Assembly (NCBI GenBank): GCA_013166775.1 | Contig: JABLTJ010000038.1 | Location: forward strand, 1-27,993 | Source: Promethearchaeati archaeon | GTDB taxonomy: Archaea > Asgardarchaeota > Heimdallarchaeia > Heimdallarchaeales > Heimdallarchaeaceae | DNA: 27,993 nt | Reading direction: 5' to 3' | In this document: one piece after another, positions 7,199 through 16,863 of the stretch | How positions within the stretch are numbered: the first letter of the stretch is position 1 | Layout: each line of letters starts with the position of its first letter | Notes under the pieces: model-generated | The model's database searches: none | The model's input: the letters and a program-made list of their open reading frames with translations, nothing else | Told to the model about the DNA's origin: nothing | Made by a program: the position numbers and the translations under genes

Positions 7199-8374
7199 TT
7201 AAATCTCTTGTGCAGTTACACTTCCAGTATCTGTGTCCATAGTAAAAGAGTATGTATTCAAAGCTGTCAAGTAGTTTGGAGATTCATAGAGATCATCTTC
7301 ACCGAGAAGATCAACTGAACCGGTGTCTGTTGAACCAATAAATATATATCCGATAGTATTATTGAAACTGAAATTAAGAGTGATACTTCCTGTATCTGTA
7401 ATAGCATCAAAAACACTTTCTACGCTATAGGGATAAACCAGATTCTGTGTTATGAACATATTTATTGATCCTGTATCAGTCTCAATTAACCAGGTTATGT
7501 CATCAAGAACAATCAGATCAGCATATGTAAATGTTATACTACCTGTATTAGTATGGATATCAACTAATGTTGTGCTTAGAGTTGTTCTTTCACCTAAATC
7601 TACATTAACTCTTCCTGTATTTGTACCTAAATCTAAAGCTTGAATTGTTGAATTAACGCTTCCGCTAAGATCTAGAGTCACTCTACCTGTATTAGATGTT
7701 AGAAGGATATCATTGAATTCAATATTATCTATTTTATCAGTTGTTAATGTAACAGAACCTGTATCTGCATCTACAAAATGATTAACGGTAGCTGTTGGAT
7801 GGAGTTTAACAAATATATTATATGTGAATGCTTTCTTATTCCAGAAGAAGAAACTATATTCTTCACCAGAATTAAATTCTATTACTAGCGTATCAGGATC
7901 TATCCTCATTCCGAAAGTTTTGGCTTCATCAATATTACCACCAGGCCTTCCTCTAACTTCTACAGTTGTTTCTATTAGTTTTGTCATACTACTATCGTAT
8001 TCGATATCTACACTTCCAACATTATTATCAATACTCAAATCGATATTAGTTATTGCAAATGAATCAACATCTAATTCAATGGTACCAAGATGTGTAAAGT
8101 TAATTGATCCAAAAACAGCAATTAATATTATAGGTACTATAACTGCAAGAATGATACCAATTGAAACACCAGTAATCACTTTTCTTCGTTTAGGGGAATA
8201 AGGTTGTGCAAGTACATGATGTTTTGCTGGAGCAGTTACCACTTCAGTTTTTGGAATTGCTGTCGGAACTCCTTTAACTAGCTCAATTTTCGAACCACAT
8301 ATATGACAGAATACAGCAGCATCTGATAATTGTGATCCACATTGAGTACAAAATTGTTCACTAATTTTTTTCAC
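7199..8374 (-). CDS. Zinc-ribbon + single TM + DUF4097-like (adhesin) beta-repeat protein
   Basis: FCTQCG...FCHICG zinc ribbon, TM helix GVSIGIILAVIVPIILIAVFG, then about nine repeats of [TS]-[DN]-TG[SR]-[VI]. Start probably GTG 8374 or ATT 8365 rather than ATG 8434. Confidence 0.8.
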   Translation of the reverse strand: MKKISEQFCTQCGSQLSDAAVFCHICGSKIELVKGVPTAIPKTEVVTAPAKHHVLAQPYSPKRRKVITGVSIGIILAVIVPIILIAVFGSINFTHLGTIELDVDSFAITNIDLSIDNNVGSVDIEYDSSMTKLIETTVEVRGRPGGNIDEAKTFGMRIDPDTLVIEFNSGEEYSFFFWNKKAFTYNIFVKLHPTATVNHFVDADTGSVTLTTDKIDNIEFNDILLTSNTGRVTLDLSGSVNSTIQALDLGTNTGRVNVDLGERTTLSTTLVDIHTNTGSITFTYADLIVLDDITWLIETDTGSINMFITQNLVYPYSVESVFDAITDTGSITLNFSFNNTIGYIFIGSTDTGSVDLLGEDDLYESPNYLTALNTYSFTMDTDTGSVTAQEI

Positions 8375-8473
8375 CTCAAATTCTTTAATGTTCTGAAGGA
8401 GAATTAGTACAGAGCTTATTATAAATATATGCAATCACCAAGTTTTTCAATAAAAAGGAAAAGAATAAAGAAC

Positions 8474-9442
8474 TTAAAGTAGACTTAAAATTTCATCTCC
8501 TATCAAACTTAGGGTTGTATAATCATACATATCCGGAACAATAAGAACACAGTATTGCATACCTGCATCTAGATACTCTGAGATTTTTTCAACACATTGC
8601 TCTGGAGTGCCAATCAATCTATCTGAAGCATATTCTTCCCAAGATTTCATCTTAACTTCATTTCTTGGGTGCTTATTTTTGTAAGCTCTTGCTTTCTTGA
8701 TAGCTCTTTCTTCATTCTTAGAAACGTGCATTAGCAAACCAGAAGTTCTTTGAATTTCTTGGGGTTTTCTTCCATACTCTATACAATAGTTATCTAAAAT
8801 ACCATTTAATCGTTTTACATCCTCTGGACTCCCACCGAAATTACTTGCATCAGCATGTTGAGCTACAACACGTAGAGTTTTTTTCTCCCCTTTTCCACCA
8901 ATCCAAATAGGAGGCCAAGGTTTCTGCAAGGGTTTGGGTTCATGAATAGCATCCTCAATTTTGAAATGTTTCCCAACATAGTGAGCCTTATCTTGTGTCC
9001 ACAAATTCTTGATGTATTCCACTGCCTCTTTGAGCTGTTCTATTCTTTCCCCTGCCTTAGGATAAGTGATACCATGCATGTAGTACTCTTCAATATACCA
9101 TCCTGCACCAATACCAAAAATAAGCCTGCCATTACTTACATGATCTATTGTTGTTCCGATTTTCGCTAAAACACTTGGATGTCTATAACCTATCGAAGAA
9201 ACCATTGTTCCTAATCTGATCTTATATGTCAAGGGTGCTAGAGCACTCATTAAAGTCCAACAATCAAATACTTTTGTTGGTTCAGGACTGGGGAAAGGAA
9301 CAAAATGATCATTGAAAAAGGCCGCATCAAATCCAAGTTCTTCAGCATTAGTAACTATTTCCACATAATCTTTGAAGGAGTGAATTTCTGTTAATGGAAA
9401 GGTAAAGGAAACCAATAGTCCAAAATCCACTTTTCCTGACAT
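8474..9442 (-). CDS. LLM class (luciferase-like) flavin/F420-dependent oxidoreductase
   Basis: AEELGFD...NDHF, W.LMSALA, IRLGTMV, RHPSVLAK...DHVSNGRLIFGIGAGW, PKPLQKPWPPIWIGGKGEKKTLR. Confidence 0.93.
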   Translation of the reverse strand: MSGKVDFGLLVSFTFPLTEIHSFKDYVEIVTNAEELGFDAAFFNDHFVPFPSPEPTKVFDCWTLMSALAPLTYKIRLGTMVSSIGYRHPSVLAKIGTTIDHVSNGRLIFGIGAGWYIEEYYMHGITYPKAGERIEQLKEAVEYIKNLWTQDKAHYVGKHFKIEDAIHEPKPLQKPWPPIWIGGKGEKKTLRVVAQHADASNFGGSPEDVKRLNGILDNYCIEYGRKPQEIQRTSGLLMHVSKNEERAIKKARAYKNKHPRNEVKMKSWEEYASDRLIGTPEQCVEKISEYLDAGMQYCVLIVPDMYDYTTLSLIGDEILSLL

Positions 9443-9448
9443 AGTATA

Positions 9449-10744
9449 CTATTCAACATTATTCAATTTAACAGTTTCCCATTCTTGTGAAAATTCACCT
9501 GGTTCTCTTAAAAACAGAAAGCCCAGAGAGGAAATGAATCTTGCTCCTGTAATTATCCAAAGAAAAAGTGCAATAGTCTCCCATTCACCAAGTATAGGAA
9601 GAACTTGGTCTGCTAATATGCCAGAAATAAGAGAACCTGCGAATGTACTTATACCTAGAAAGAGATAAAATAATCCAGTATATGTCCCTTTTTCTTTCTC
9701 AGACGCACTATCTAATGCATAAGCACTTTCTGCAACCATGTAAAATGAATTTCCAAAACCACTCACGGCTGCACCTATTGCCATATGCCACCAATAAGGT
9801 ACCCAAAGGACTGTAATAGCCAGGTTCAAAGGAATGAAGAACATAAATGCTCTCCCTACAAAAAGAGCCCATTTCCTTTTTATTTTATCTATTATCGGTT
9901 TTGTAACAACTAGTGTTATGATCATAGCTATGCTGAAAGATGCCCAAATCCAAGTATTTTCTTGAGCTGTTGCGAAATTTCCTCTTACTTGAGGGAAAAT
10001 AGGCCAACCTAAAGACATCGAAAAACCCATTATCGAACCAACTATAACAAAGGTTCTGAAATTTTTATTTTTACGTAGAGGAGTTAAGCTAAGTACGCTT
10101 CTTTCTTCTAGTTTCTCTGTTTGAGGATTTGTAAGTAAAACTGCAAAGAATCCTGTGATTATAAATAATCCAGCAGCAATTTCTAGGATAATAGTATATT
10201 GCATATACTCTGTTTTTCCAATATTACTCATTGCTCCAACAACTAATAAACCAATAAAAGATGCAATTGCACCTATAAGCGTAACTAGACTCAATAAACC
10301 TGCTCTATTCTTTCTATTAGTTATATCTCCAAGAAGAGCTGTGAAAGCTGGGCTATAGCATGCAAAGCAGATTGAGAAAATAATCACTCCACCCACTAAA
10401 ATCCATTGATTATGAATTAATGGAAACAGAGAAAGTGATATCCCACCCCCAAACAAGCCAAAAAGAATCAAAGCTTTTCTACCTACAAAATCTGATATTC
10501 TCCCAAAAGAGGATTGTAAAGCTAGCTGGATTAGATTTCGCATTGAGGTGATTAAAGCAAGAGCAGTTGAGGAGGAGTCAATAATTACAGCATAGAGTTC
10601 TATAAACATCCGAGAAACAAATCTAGCTGCGGTTCCAAAAGCAGATATTGCATAAATTAGAAATCTTAATCTTGGTGTTAAATGTGGATGTGAAATTCCA
10701 TTGGAATCTTTTAAGGATTGAACGATTTTACCTAATCTACTCAA
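9449..10744 (-). CDS. MFS transporter
   Basis: MFS motif A GRISDFVGRK; about 12 TM segments; TTG start; 6 nt from the LLM gene, so likely an operon. Confidence 0.92.
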   Translation of the reverse strand: MSRLGKIVQSLKDSNGISHPHLTPRLRFLIYAISAFGTAARFVSRMFIELYAVIIDSSSTALALITSMRNLIQLALQSSFGRISDFVGRKALILFGLFGGGISLSLFPLIHNQWILVGGVIIFSICFACYSPAFTALLGDITNRKNRAGLLSLVTLIGAIASFIGLLVVGAMSNIGKTEYMQYTIILEIAAGLFIITGFFAVLLTNPQTEKLEERSVLSLTPLRKNKNFRTFVIVGSIMGFSMSLGWPIFPQVRGNFATAQENTWIWASFSIAMIITLVVTKPIIDKIKRKWALFVGRAFMFFIPLNLAITVLWVPYWWHMAIGAAVSGFGNSFYMVAESAYALDSASEKEKGTYTGLFYLFLGISTFAGSLISGILADQVLPILGEWETIALFLWIITGARFISSLGFLFLREPGEFSQEWETVKLNNVE

Positions 10745-10840
10745 GAATTATCACACTCAAATTTAAGAATACAATTAGGATGTTAATAACTTCAAAATAA
10801 CTTTTTGCATACTGATATACCTTACTAGAAAGAAATTATG

Positions 10841-11500
10841 TTAAGGTTTTAGTCTTTCCACTAATCTTTCAAGAGTTTCTTGTTCAAGTTCACAACTCTT
10901 TAAGTATTCCATAATTCCCCCTTGCTCCTCGACTTGTTGAACGATATATTCTATATCTTCGCTTTGAGTATACTCATCTGTAGCAAGATAATCTTGTATG
11001 ATGTTTGGTTCAGGTGCATTTAGTAGCAGAAGAATTAAACTAGATATTACTCCAGTCCTATCTCTTCCAGCGTGACAGTGTATAACAATGGAATAGTTCT
11101 CAGGTCTTGAAAGAATGTCAAATATTCTTCTTATCTGTGGTTTGTTATAGAAAAGTGTATACCAGCAAAACTGTTGATAGAAGGATAATTCGCTTTGCAT
11201 TTCCCTTATCAATACTTCATGGGGCATTGAAATATCTATATGTACCCAGAAATAATTGAAAACATTAATGAAATCATCGTTATATGAAGAGTGACCAATT
11301 TCTACAGCAGATCGAAGATCAACTAAACTACCAATTCCAAGTTCTTTCAAATCTTGAAGAAGTTCAGGAGATTGAGCTTCAATAGGAGAGGAAGAACGAT
11401 AGATCAAATCTGGTTTAATGTAAGTTTGATTAAATTCAGCTAAATCTCTAAAATTATGCACTTTAGCTCTTATCTTCTCCAATAGTAAATCACAATCCAT
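10841..11500 (-). CDS. Tyrosine-protein phosphatase family (Y_phosphatase3 / IphP-PtpB-like)
   Basis: NFRDL, IYRSS, LVDLRS, P-loop HCHAGRDRTG, I.QDYLAT. ATG 11500 has a GAGGA element upstream and is preferred over 11596. Confidence 0.92.
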   Translation of the reverse strand: MDCDLLLEKIRAKVHNFRDLAEFNQTYIKPDLIYRSSSPIEAQSPELLQDLKELGIGSLVDLRSAVEIGHSSYNDDFINVFNYFWVHIDISMPHEVLIREMQSELSFYQQFCWYTLFYNKPQIRRIFDILSRPENYSIVIHCHAGRDRTGVISSLILLLLNAPEPNIIQDYLATDEYTQSEDIEYIVQQVEEQGGIMEYLKSCELEQETLERLVERLKP

Positions 11501-11611
11501 GAGAAGTTCCTCTAAATAGCTGTTTCCTTCTTTACTATTTACTCTTACTATAATTCTAATATTTGTATTGATGTATTTCTTACACATTATCCACACAAAT
11601 AGATAATCCTG

Positions 11612-11640
11612 TAAAAAAAAGTTAGAAAAAAGAAAAAAAG
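11612..11640 (-). terminator. Oligo-T tract after the DUF3160 gene (archaeal-type intrinsic terminator candidate)
   Basis: The minus strand reads CTTTTTTCTTTTTCTAACTTTTTTTTA right after the stop. Similar minus-strand tracts lie at 7178-7198, 8448-8472, 13896-13918 and 17412-17440. Confidence 0.45.
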
Positions 11641-11641
11641 A

Positions 11642-13825
11642 CTACTCATCCTTCTTTCGTAAAAACATAGGGGTTACAATAATATTTTCAGTAATGGGAA
11701 GAATATTATTCATCCATTCAGGTATGTCAGGTGGATTGTTATCAATCATATCTTGCCATTGTTCATCTGTTAGTCGATCATTCATTGGATGTTTGAATTC
11801 AAAATAGGAGAAAGTTCCTCCTTTTGTTAATCTCAGTTTTCCTTTATGATCTTGAACGATAACGTATATTGTGTAAGGATCTCCTGACCCAACTTCCAAC
11901 ACTCGACCTGAGTTGGGATCTGTATGAACATCAGCTATAACAGCCATTCTTTCATCAGTTTCACTTACCCAAGGATCAGCTTCTGGATCATTAAATGTAG
12001 CAAAGCCAGCAATACGAAAACCAGCCCAATTAATGAAATTAATATCATCATCAGTAAGTGGTTCGTTTTCTAATTCTTTGATGCTGATAACTGTAAGGTT
12101 ATCGAATATATCACCTAATCCTAGCAATTTAGATTCAAATCTATCTAAAAGAAGTCCTCTTGAATTAAGACCTTCGCTCATTAACCTAACCAAGCTTGAT
12201 AGTCTTGAATATACTTCAGGATAGGGTTCTACATATCCATTCATCAATGGTGGTGCACTTGTCTCATATGTATATGATTGCTTAGCATATAGGATAGTGT
12301 CATGTCGTAATTCTGCCCAAGATGCAAGTGATGTCATCAGAGCTTTATCTGTCCAAGCATCATTCTTCATGAATCCAGGATAACCTTCTGTTGCAGGTCT
12401 AAGAAGCGGGAAGAAGGAGTATAACCACAACCAGTAGAGATTCTGGGTCCAATCATATTCAGTTAAATCTCCAAACTCATCTCGTAGTTTATGAATCTGG
12501 TCATTGTAATCAGGATAGGAATCGTTTTCAGATTGCATATAGTATGCAGCTCTTGAACTTCCAAAAACAGAGAAGATATCTAGACCATTTGGGAAAAACC
12601 TTCCTCCTACTTTATTATGTACTAGCTGTTGAAATATGTAAGAATCTGGTATGAATCTTTGACCCATTAATCTAAAACCTTGTGTGACATTTTCATGTTC
12701 ATAAGCATCATAAATGAACATTGAATTAATCTGGGGTTTTCTATAAGTTTTAGCTTCATCAATAAAGGAAGTAATGACACTTTCTTCTGCAAGATTATCA
12801 CCTTCAGGACTCCCTTGGTTCTGCCATATTTCATAATATTCTGCAGCTGTTAAATCATCACTTGCTCCAACGTAGAAGACTGTAGGTTCATAGACTTTAT
12901 CCCAATAATCCCATACAGTATTAGGACCAATACTTGTGTCAAAACTAGAGATTAGAAGCAATGCCATTCTTGTGTGCTCAATTCCCATGGCTGGATCATC
13001 AGTAGGGCTTTGAAGAAGATAACTGATTCTTCCTGCATACATCATAGCCTTGAAGTAATTTCCTAAAAGATCATTTCTTGTATAATGGCCTCTTATTGTA
13101 TATTGAGTATAATCCTCTTCATATCCAAATATAGCAGAATCATCTCTTTCGCCTGCATCTATTTTAGCTAATTCAGCATTTGTGAGTGATTCCACTTCTG
13201 AAGGAATCACATTTGTATCATTTAACAAGTAGAGCATAACTGAAAGATAAGCTACATTTTTGTTAATTGCATCATGAACAATTGATTCAGAAATAGTAGC
13301 ATTGAGAGAGATTTGTGCATTTCGTAAAGCAATGAGCATTTGCTCGAAATCATAAAAGAAACTTTCTCCTTCAAGAATTCTAAGTGTAATATCATAAAGA
13401 ACATGATAAGCATGTAAACAAAGATCTGCAGTGACAAACTTTGGTGTGCCTTCTTGTGGATCTTCATACAATTGATATATGTCATCATACCCTTCATCAA
13501 CTAGAGCAAAACCATATTGTTCTAGCATCCCCCTTACATCTTGTGGAATATCCATCCCCTGTAAATCAACATTAGCTAAATTACTCTTTATTTCTGTAAC
13601 TTTTATTGATGGAGTATAGTCAAGCTGTGAAGGTGTATAAGAACCAAAAGCAGTATTCACAGCACCATCTATCTGGAAAGCAGCAGCAGTTCCAGGGATT
13701 ATCAACCCATCAGGAATTTCATGATGAGGAGCTTTCCTTGTTAGTAAAGGTATTGAGATAGCAAGGCTACTCACTATTAGGAACGTAATTATTCCCATAC
13801 TTAATTTTGATTTAATGAAACTCAT
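11642..13825 (-). CDS. DUF3160 domain-containing protein, N-terminally anchored/secreted
   Basis: FVTADLCLHAYH, DYTQY.IRGHYT, FRLMGQRFIPDSYIFQ, WTQNLYWLWL, SWAELRHDTILYAKQSY, GYVEPYPE, VIADVHTDP, RLTDEQW. Confidence 0.9.
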   Translation of the reverse strand: MSFIKSKLSMGIITFLIVSSLAISIPLLTRKAPHHEIPDGLIIPGTAAAFQIDGAVNTAFGSYTPSQLDYTPSIKVTEIKSNLANVDLQGMDIPQDVRGMLEQYGFALVDEGYDDIYQLYEDPQEGTPKFVTADLCLHAYHVLYDITLRILEGESFFYDFEQMLIALRNAQISLNATISESIVHDAINKNVAYLSVMLYLLNDTNVIPSEVESLTNAELAKIDAGERDDSAIFGYEEDYTQYTIRGHYTRNDLLGNYFKAMMYAGRISYLLQSPTDDPAMGIEHTRMALLLISSFDTSIGPNTVWDYWDKVYEPTVFYVGASDDLTAAEYYEIWQNQGSPEGDNLAEESVITSFIDEAKTYRKPQINSMFIYDAYEHENVTQGFRLMGQRFIPDSYIFQQLVHNKVGGRFFPNGLDIFSVFGSSRAAYYMQSENDSYPDYNDQIHKLRDEFGDLTEYDWTQNLYWLWLYSFFPLLRPATEGYPGFMKNDAWTDKALMTSLASWAELRHDTILYAKQSYTYETSAPPLMNGYVEPYPEVYSRLSSLVRLMSEGLNSRGLLLDRFESKLLGLGDIFDNLTVISIKELENEPLTDDDINFINWAGFRIAGFATFNDPEADPWVSETDERMAVIADVHTDPNSGRVLEVGSGDPYTIYVIVQDHKGKLRLTKGGTFSYFEFKHPMNDRLTDEQWQDMIDNNPPDIPEWMNNILPITENIIVTPMFLRKKDE

Positions 13826-13918
13826 ATTAATCTAACCTGACTAGACTAGTATATATGCACAAATATTGTTTCTTGTGCTAGTAATGACACATCTTAAAAT
13901 AAAGAGAAAAAGAAGGAA

Positions 13919-15154
13919 TTAAAATCTTCTATCTTTTTTTCTTTTAGTTATGATAGGCAAAATAACCATTGTGATTATTACTAAACCTAAGAATAATGTC
14001 ATTCTGAGTCTGCTATATTCTATTATTAGTGGGTAAGTTCTATTATATACCTCTAATACAGCTGCTGTAGCATTCAATAAACCGTATCCAGTTAATGGAT
14101 CGACTCCTGGAGCATCTAAATCAAAAGCTGTTGTTTGAAGAATAGTTCTGAAATCATTAACAGACATAGTAGAATTGATAGTTCTCATTAAAGCAATTAC
14201 TGCAGCGACTTGAGGAGCTGCAAAAGATGTTCCAACTGCATTACCATATGGACTATAAGGTGGTGGATAAGTGCTATTTATTATTTGGCTGGGAATCCAA
14301 GGTTCTACATCTCCAACGGGAGCCATGATTTCTGTCCATGGAAGACCAAAATTACTATAATCAGCTTTTTGGTAGAAATAATTAGTAGCACCTACAGAGA
14401 TTACTTCATCATAAGCACCAGGATATGAAGCATATTCTATTCCTCCAGCCCATGTGTTACCAGTCACAGATACAACAGGCACGTTATTTGTAATAGCATA
14501 TTGTATATCATCAAGATATAGATTGCTTGGAGCATAATATTGAAGACTAAGATTTATTACATCCGCTCCATTATCGACTGCATATTTTATTGCTTCCCCC
14601 AAACCTTCAAGGGAGGTATCCTGATAATTGGATGCATCTAATACACGTATATCCATAACTGTTACATTAGGCGCTGTACCTGCAACACCAATATTATCAA
14701 GCGCTGCGCATATTATCCCAGTTATAAAAGTTGCATGCCAATGGATAGGATCAGTTGCTTCAGGTCCAGGTTCACTATCATTTGCTGTGAAATCCCAACC
14801 GTGTGTATCATCAATATATCCATTTGCATCATCATCGATACCATCACCAGGAAGTTCATCCACATTTTTCCATGAATTATTTATCTGAGTATGAGACCAA
14901 TCAATACCTGAATCTATAACAGCTATCACAATATCTTCTGAACCAACTGTAATATCCCAAGCTCCTGTAATATTAATCTGATTTAGATGCCATCCTATAT
15001 CAGTAAAACTGCTATAATTCGAAAGTAGGTAATTGTGTTTGGTATTTGATTTACCAACTGCGTACGTAGTAGAAAGTAAGAGCATTAGTGTCATTACTAA
15101 AACTAATATATTACTTCTAATTTTCATACTAGTACTAGTTAGTATTCTATGCAT
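13919..15154 (-). CDS. S8 subtilisin-like serine peptidase with signal peptide and C-terminal TM anchor
   Basis: Catalytic triad VIDSG / WHAT / GTSFAAP; oxyanion NLS...GN; insertion DGIDDDANGYIDDTHGWDF; GYGLLNA; C-terminal TM followed by KRKK. Confidence 0.95.
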   Translation of the reverse strand: MHRILTSTSMKIRSNILVLVMTLMLLLSTTYAVGKSNTKHNYLLSNYSSFTDIGWHLNQINITGAWDITVGSEDIVIAVIDSGIDWSHTQINNSWKNVDELPGDGIDDDANGYIDDTHGWDFTANDSEPGPEATDPIHWHATFITGIICAALDNIGVAGTAPNVTVMDIRVLDASNYQDTSLEGLGEAIKYAVDNGADVINLSLQYYAPSNLYLDDIQYAITNNVPVVSVTGNTWAGGIEYASYPGAYDEVISVGATNYFYQKADYSNFGLPWTEIMAPVGDVEPWIPSQIINSTYPPPYSPYGNAVGTSFAAPQVAAVIALMRTINSTMSVNDFRTILQTTAFDLDAPGVDPLTGYGLLNATAAVLEVYNRTYPLIIEYSRLRMTLFLGLVIITMVILPIITKRKKDRRF

Positions 15155-15171
15155 ATAAATCTAGCATGGTT

Positions 15172-15930
15172 TCAAGTTTTACTGTGAATTTCTAAGGATT
15201 GATCATTTTTTGATTTTATTATAAATAGAAGTCTTATAGCTACATAACCAAAAACAATTATGAAAACGTATGCCAACATCTTTTGGTAAAATGCCATGGT
15301 TAATTTCTGAACAAAGAATTCATGTAAGTTAAATAATCCTGTATTGATCATGCCTATTAACATAGCAAGGACGCTAGCAATGGGATCTATTAACCAGATT
15401 TTTGATTGTTTGTATGGAGATTCTTTTTCTAGAGATATTACTCCTATTCCCCAAAGAAGACTAGTTATTATCATACAGTAGTATAAGCCTAATGCTGATA
15501 TAACGTGAGGTTCAAGAAACATACCAGCATCGAAAATTCCTACACAAATAATAAAACAACTTGTAGTTAGACCACTTAACATAATGAGAAACTGGATTGA
15601 TTTTCTGAAGTATCCTTTTGGTTTCAATATTGAGTAAATAGAGGGAAAGAACAATAAAAGAAATACTCCTGCAAATATTAATGAAATATTAAATATTTCA
15701 GGATGAGGTGCTCTAATTAGAGTTTCTCCACTACTAAAAAAGGCAGTTACCCTTACTCCTAATTCTGAGAGAAATTGTTCCATAAAAGAGTAATCTGGAT
15801 AAACTAACATTGCAATAGTAGTGCCTACAGCAAAAATTACAATTGCAGCAAATGCAGAGATTATACTAATTTTCTGTAGATTTATGAGCATTTGTTCCTT
15901 TTCCATCAATAATAAAAATTTTCTGCTCAT
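15172..15930 (-). CDS. DUF998-like multi-pass membrane protein
   Basis: YPDYSFMEQFLSELG, IFN.SLI, VGIF and a conserved His (PH) pattern; about six TM helices. Confidence 0.7.
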   Translation of the reverse strand: MSRKFLLLMEKEQMLINLQKISIISAFAAIVIFAVGTTIAMLVYPDYSFMEQFLSELGVRVTAFFSSGETLIRAPHPEIFNISLIFAGVFLLLFFPSIYSILKPKGYFRKSIQFLIMLSGLTTSCFIICVGIFDAGMFLEPHVISALGLYYCMIITSLLWGIGVISLEKESPYKQSKIWLIDPIASVLAMLIGMINTGLFNLHEFFVQKLTMAFYQKMLAYVFIIVFGYVAIRLLFIIKSKNDQSLEIHSKT

Positions 15931-16012
15931 ATAAAAACTACAACATTAACTAGTACAGATTTGTATATTTCATATAATTTTTAATTCCAGAAAATTCTCT
16001 ACTCTTGAAATC

Positions 16013-16807
16013 ATGAACAATACCAAAGCAAAAATCTTTCAAGAAAAGATATTCAAATGGTGGGAGAATAATAAACGAGATTTTCCATGGAGAGAAACTA
16101 CTAACCCTTATTTTATCATGATTTCAGAAATAATGCTACAACAAACTCAAGCACCTAGAGTCGTTCAGAAATATCTAGACTTCATAACAAAATATCCAAC
16201 TATGGAAAACTTAGCAGAAGCATCCCAAGTTGAGCTTCTTAGACTATGGTCAGGTCTTGGATACAACAGAAGAGCACTATGGTTACAAGAAGCAGCAAGA
16301 GAGATTCTAAATCGTGGTTCATTTCCTCAAGTACCAGAAGAATTACAGAAGCTAAAAGGTATCGGTCCCTATTCTGCTAGATCAATACTCATTTTTGCAT
16401 TTAATATGGATATAGCAACTGTTGATACTAACATTAGAAGAATATTGATCGCAGAGGGATTTGCAAAGAAAACTACTCCAGAGAAAAAATTAATAAAAAC
16501 AGCAGAACAACTTCTACCTAAAGGAAAGTCTCGAGATTGGCATAACGCACTAATGGATTATGGTTCTTTAGTTCTTACTGCAAGAAAAACAAGTATTAGA
16601 CCTACTAGTCAACAAAGCAAATTCAAAGGATCTGAAAGAGAAAAAAGAGGTCAAATTCTCAAGTTTCTACTAGATAATAGAAGTGCAACAATTGATAAGA
16701 TAAGCAATTTTCTAAATTCCTCAAAAGAGCAGCTAGAACCAATTTTGGACAAAATGATTAAGGAGGGATTAATAATTAAATCCAGAGATAGATATAAAGT
16801 AGAGTAG
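16013..16807 (+). CDS. mutY: MutY-like A/G-specific adenine glycosylase (HhH-GPD), short form without Fe-S cysteines
   Basis: RDFPWR, SEIMLQQTQ, WSGLGYNRRA, LKGIGPYSA, VDTNIRR, ALMDYG. The protein contains no Cys. Confidence 0.85.
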   Translation: MNNTKAKIFQEKIFKWWENNKRDFPWRETTNPYFIMISEIMLQQTQAPRVVQKYLDFITKYPTMENLAEASQVELLRLWSGLGYNRRALWLQEAAREILNRGSFPQVPEELQKLKGIGPYSARSILIFAFNMDIATVDTNIRRILIAEGFAKKTTPEKKLIKTAEQLLPKGKSRDWHNALMDYGSLVLTARKTSIRPTSQQSKFKGSEREKRGQILKFLLDNRSATIDKISNFLNSSKEQLEPILDKMIKEGLIIKSRDRYKVE

Positions 16808-16863
16808 GAAAATCTTTCCTTTAGCAAAAACATATATTAGAAAAGAAATTAGAGTGATATGAA

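Noticed and set aside
11501-11596. N-terminal extension of the tyrosine phosphatase
   Set aside because: Looks like translated intergenic sequence; an RBS-like GAGGA and family homology support ATG 11500.
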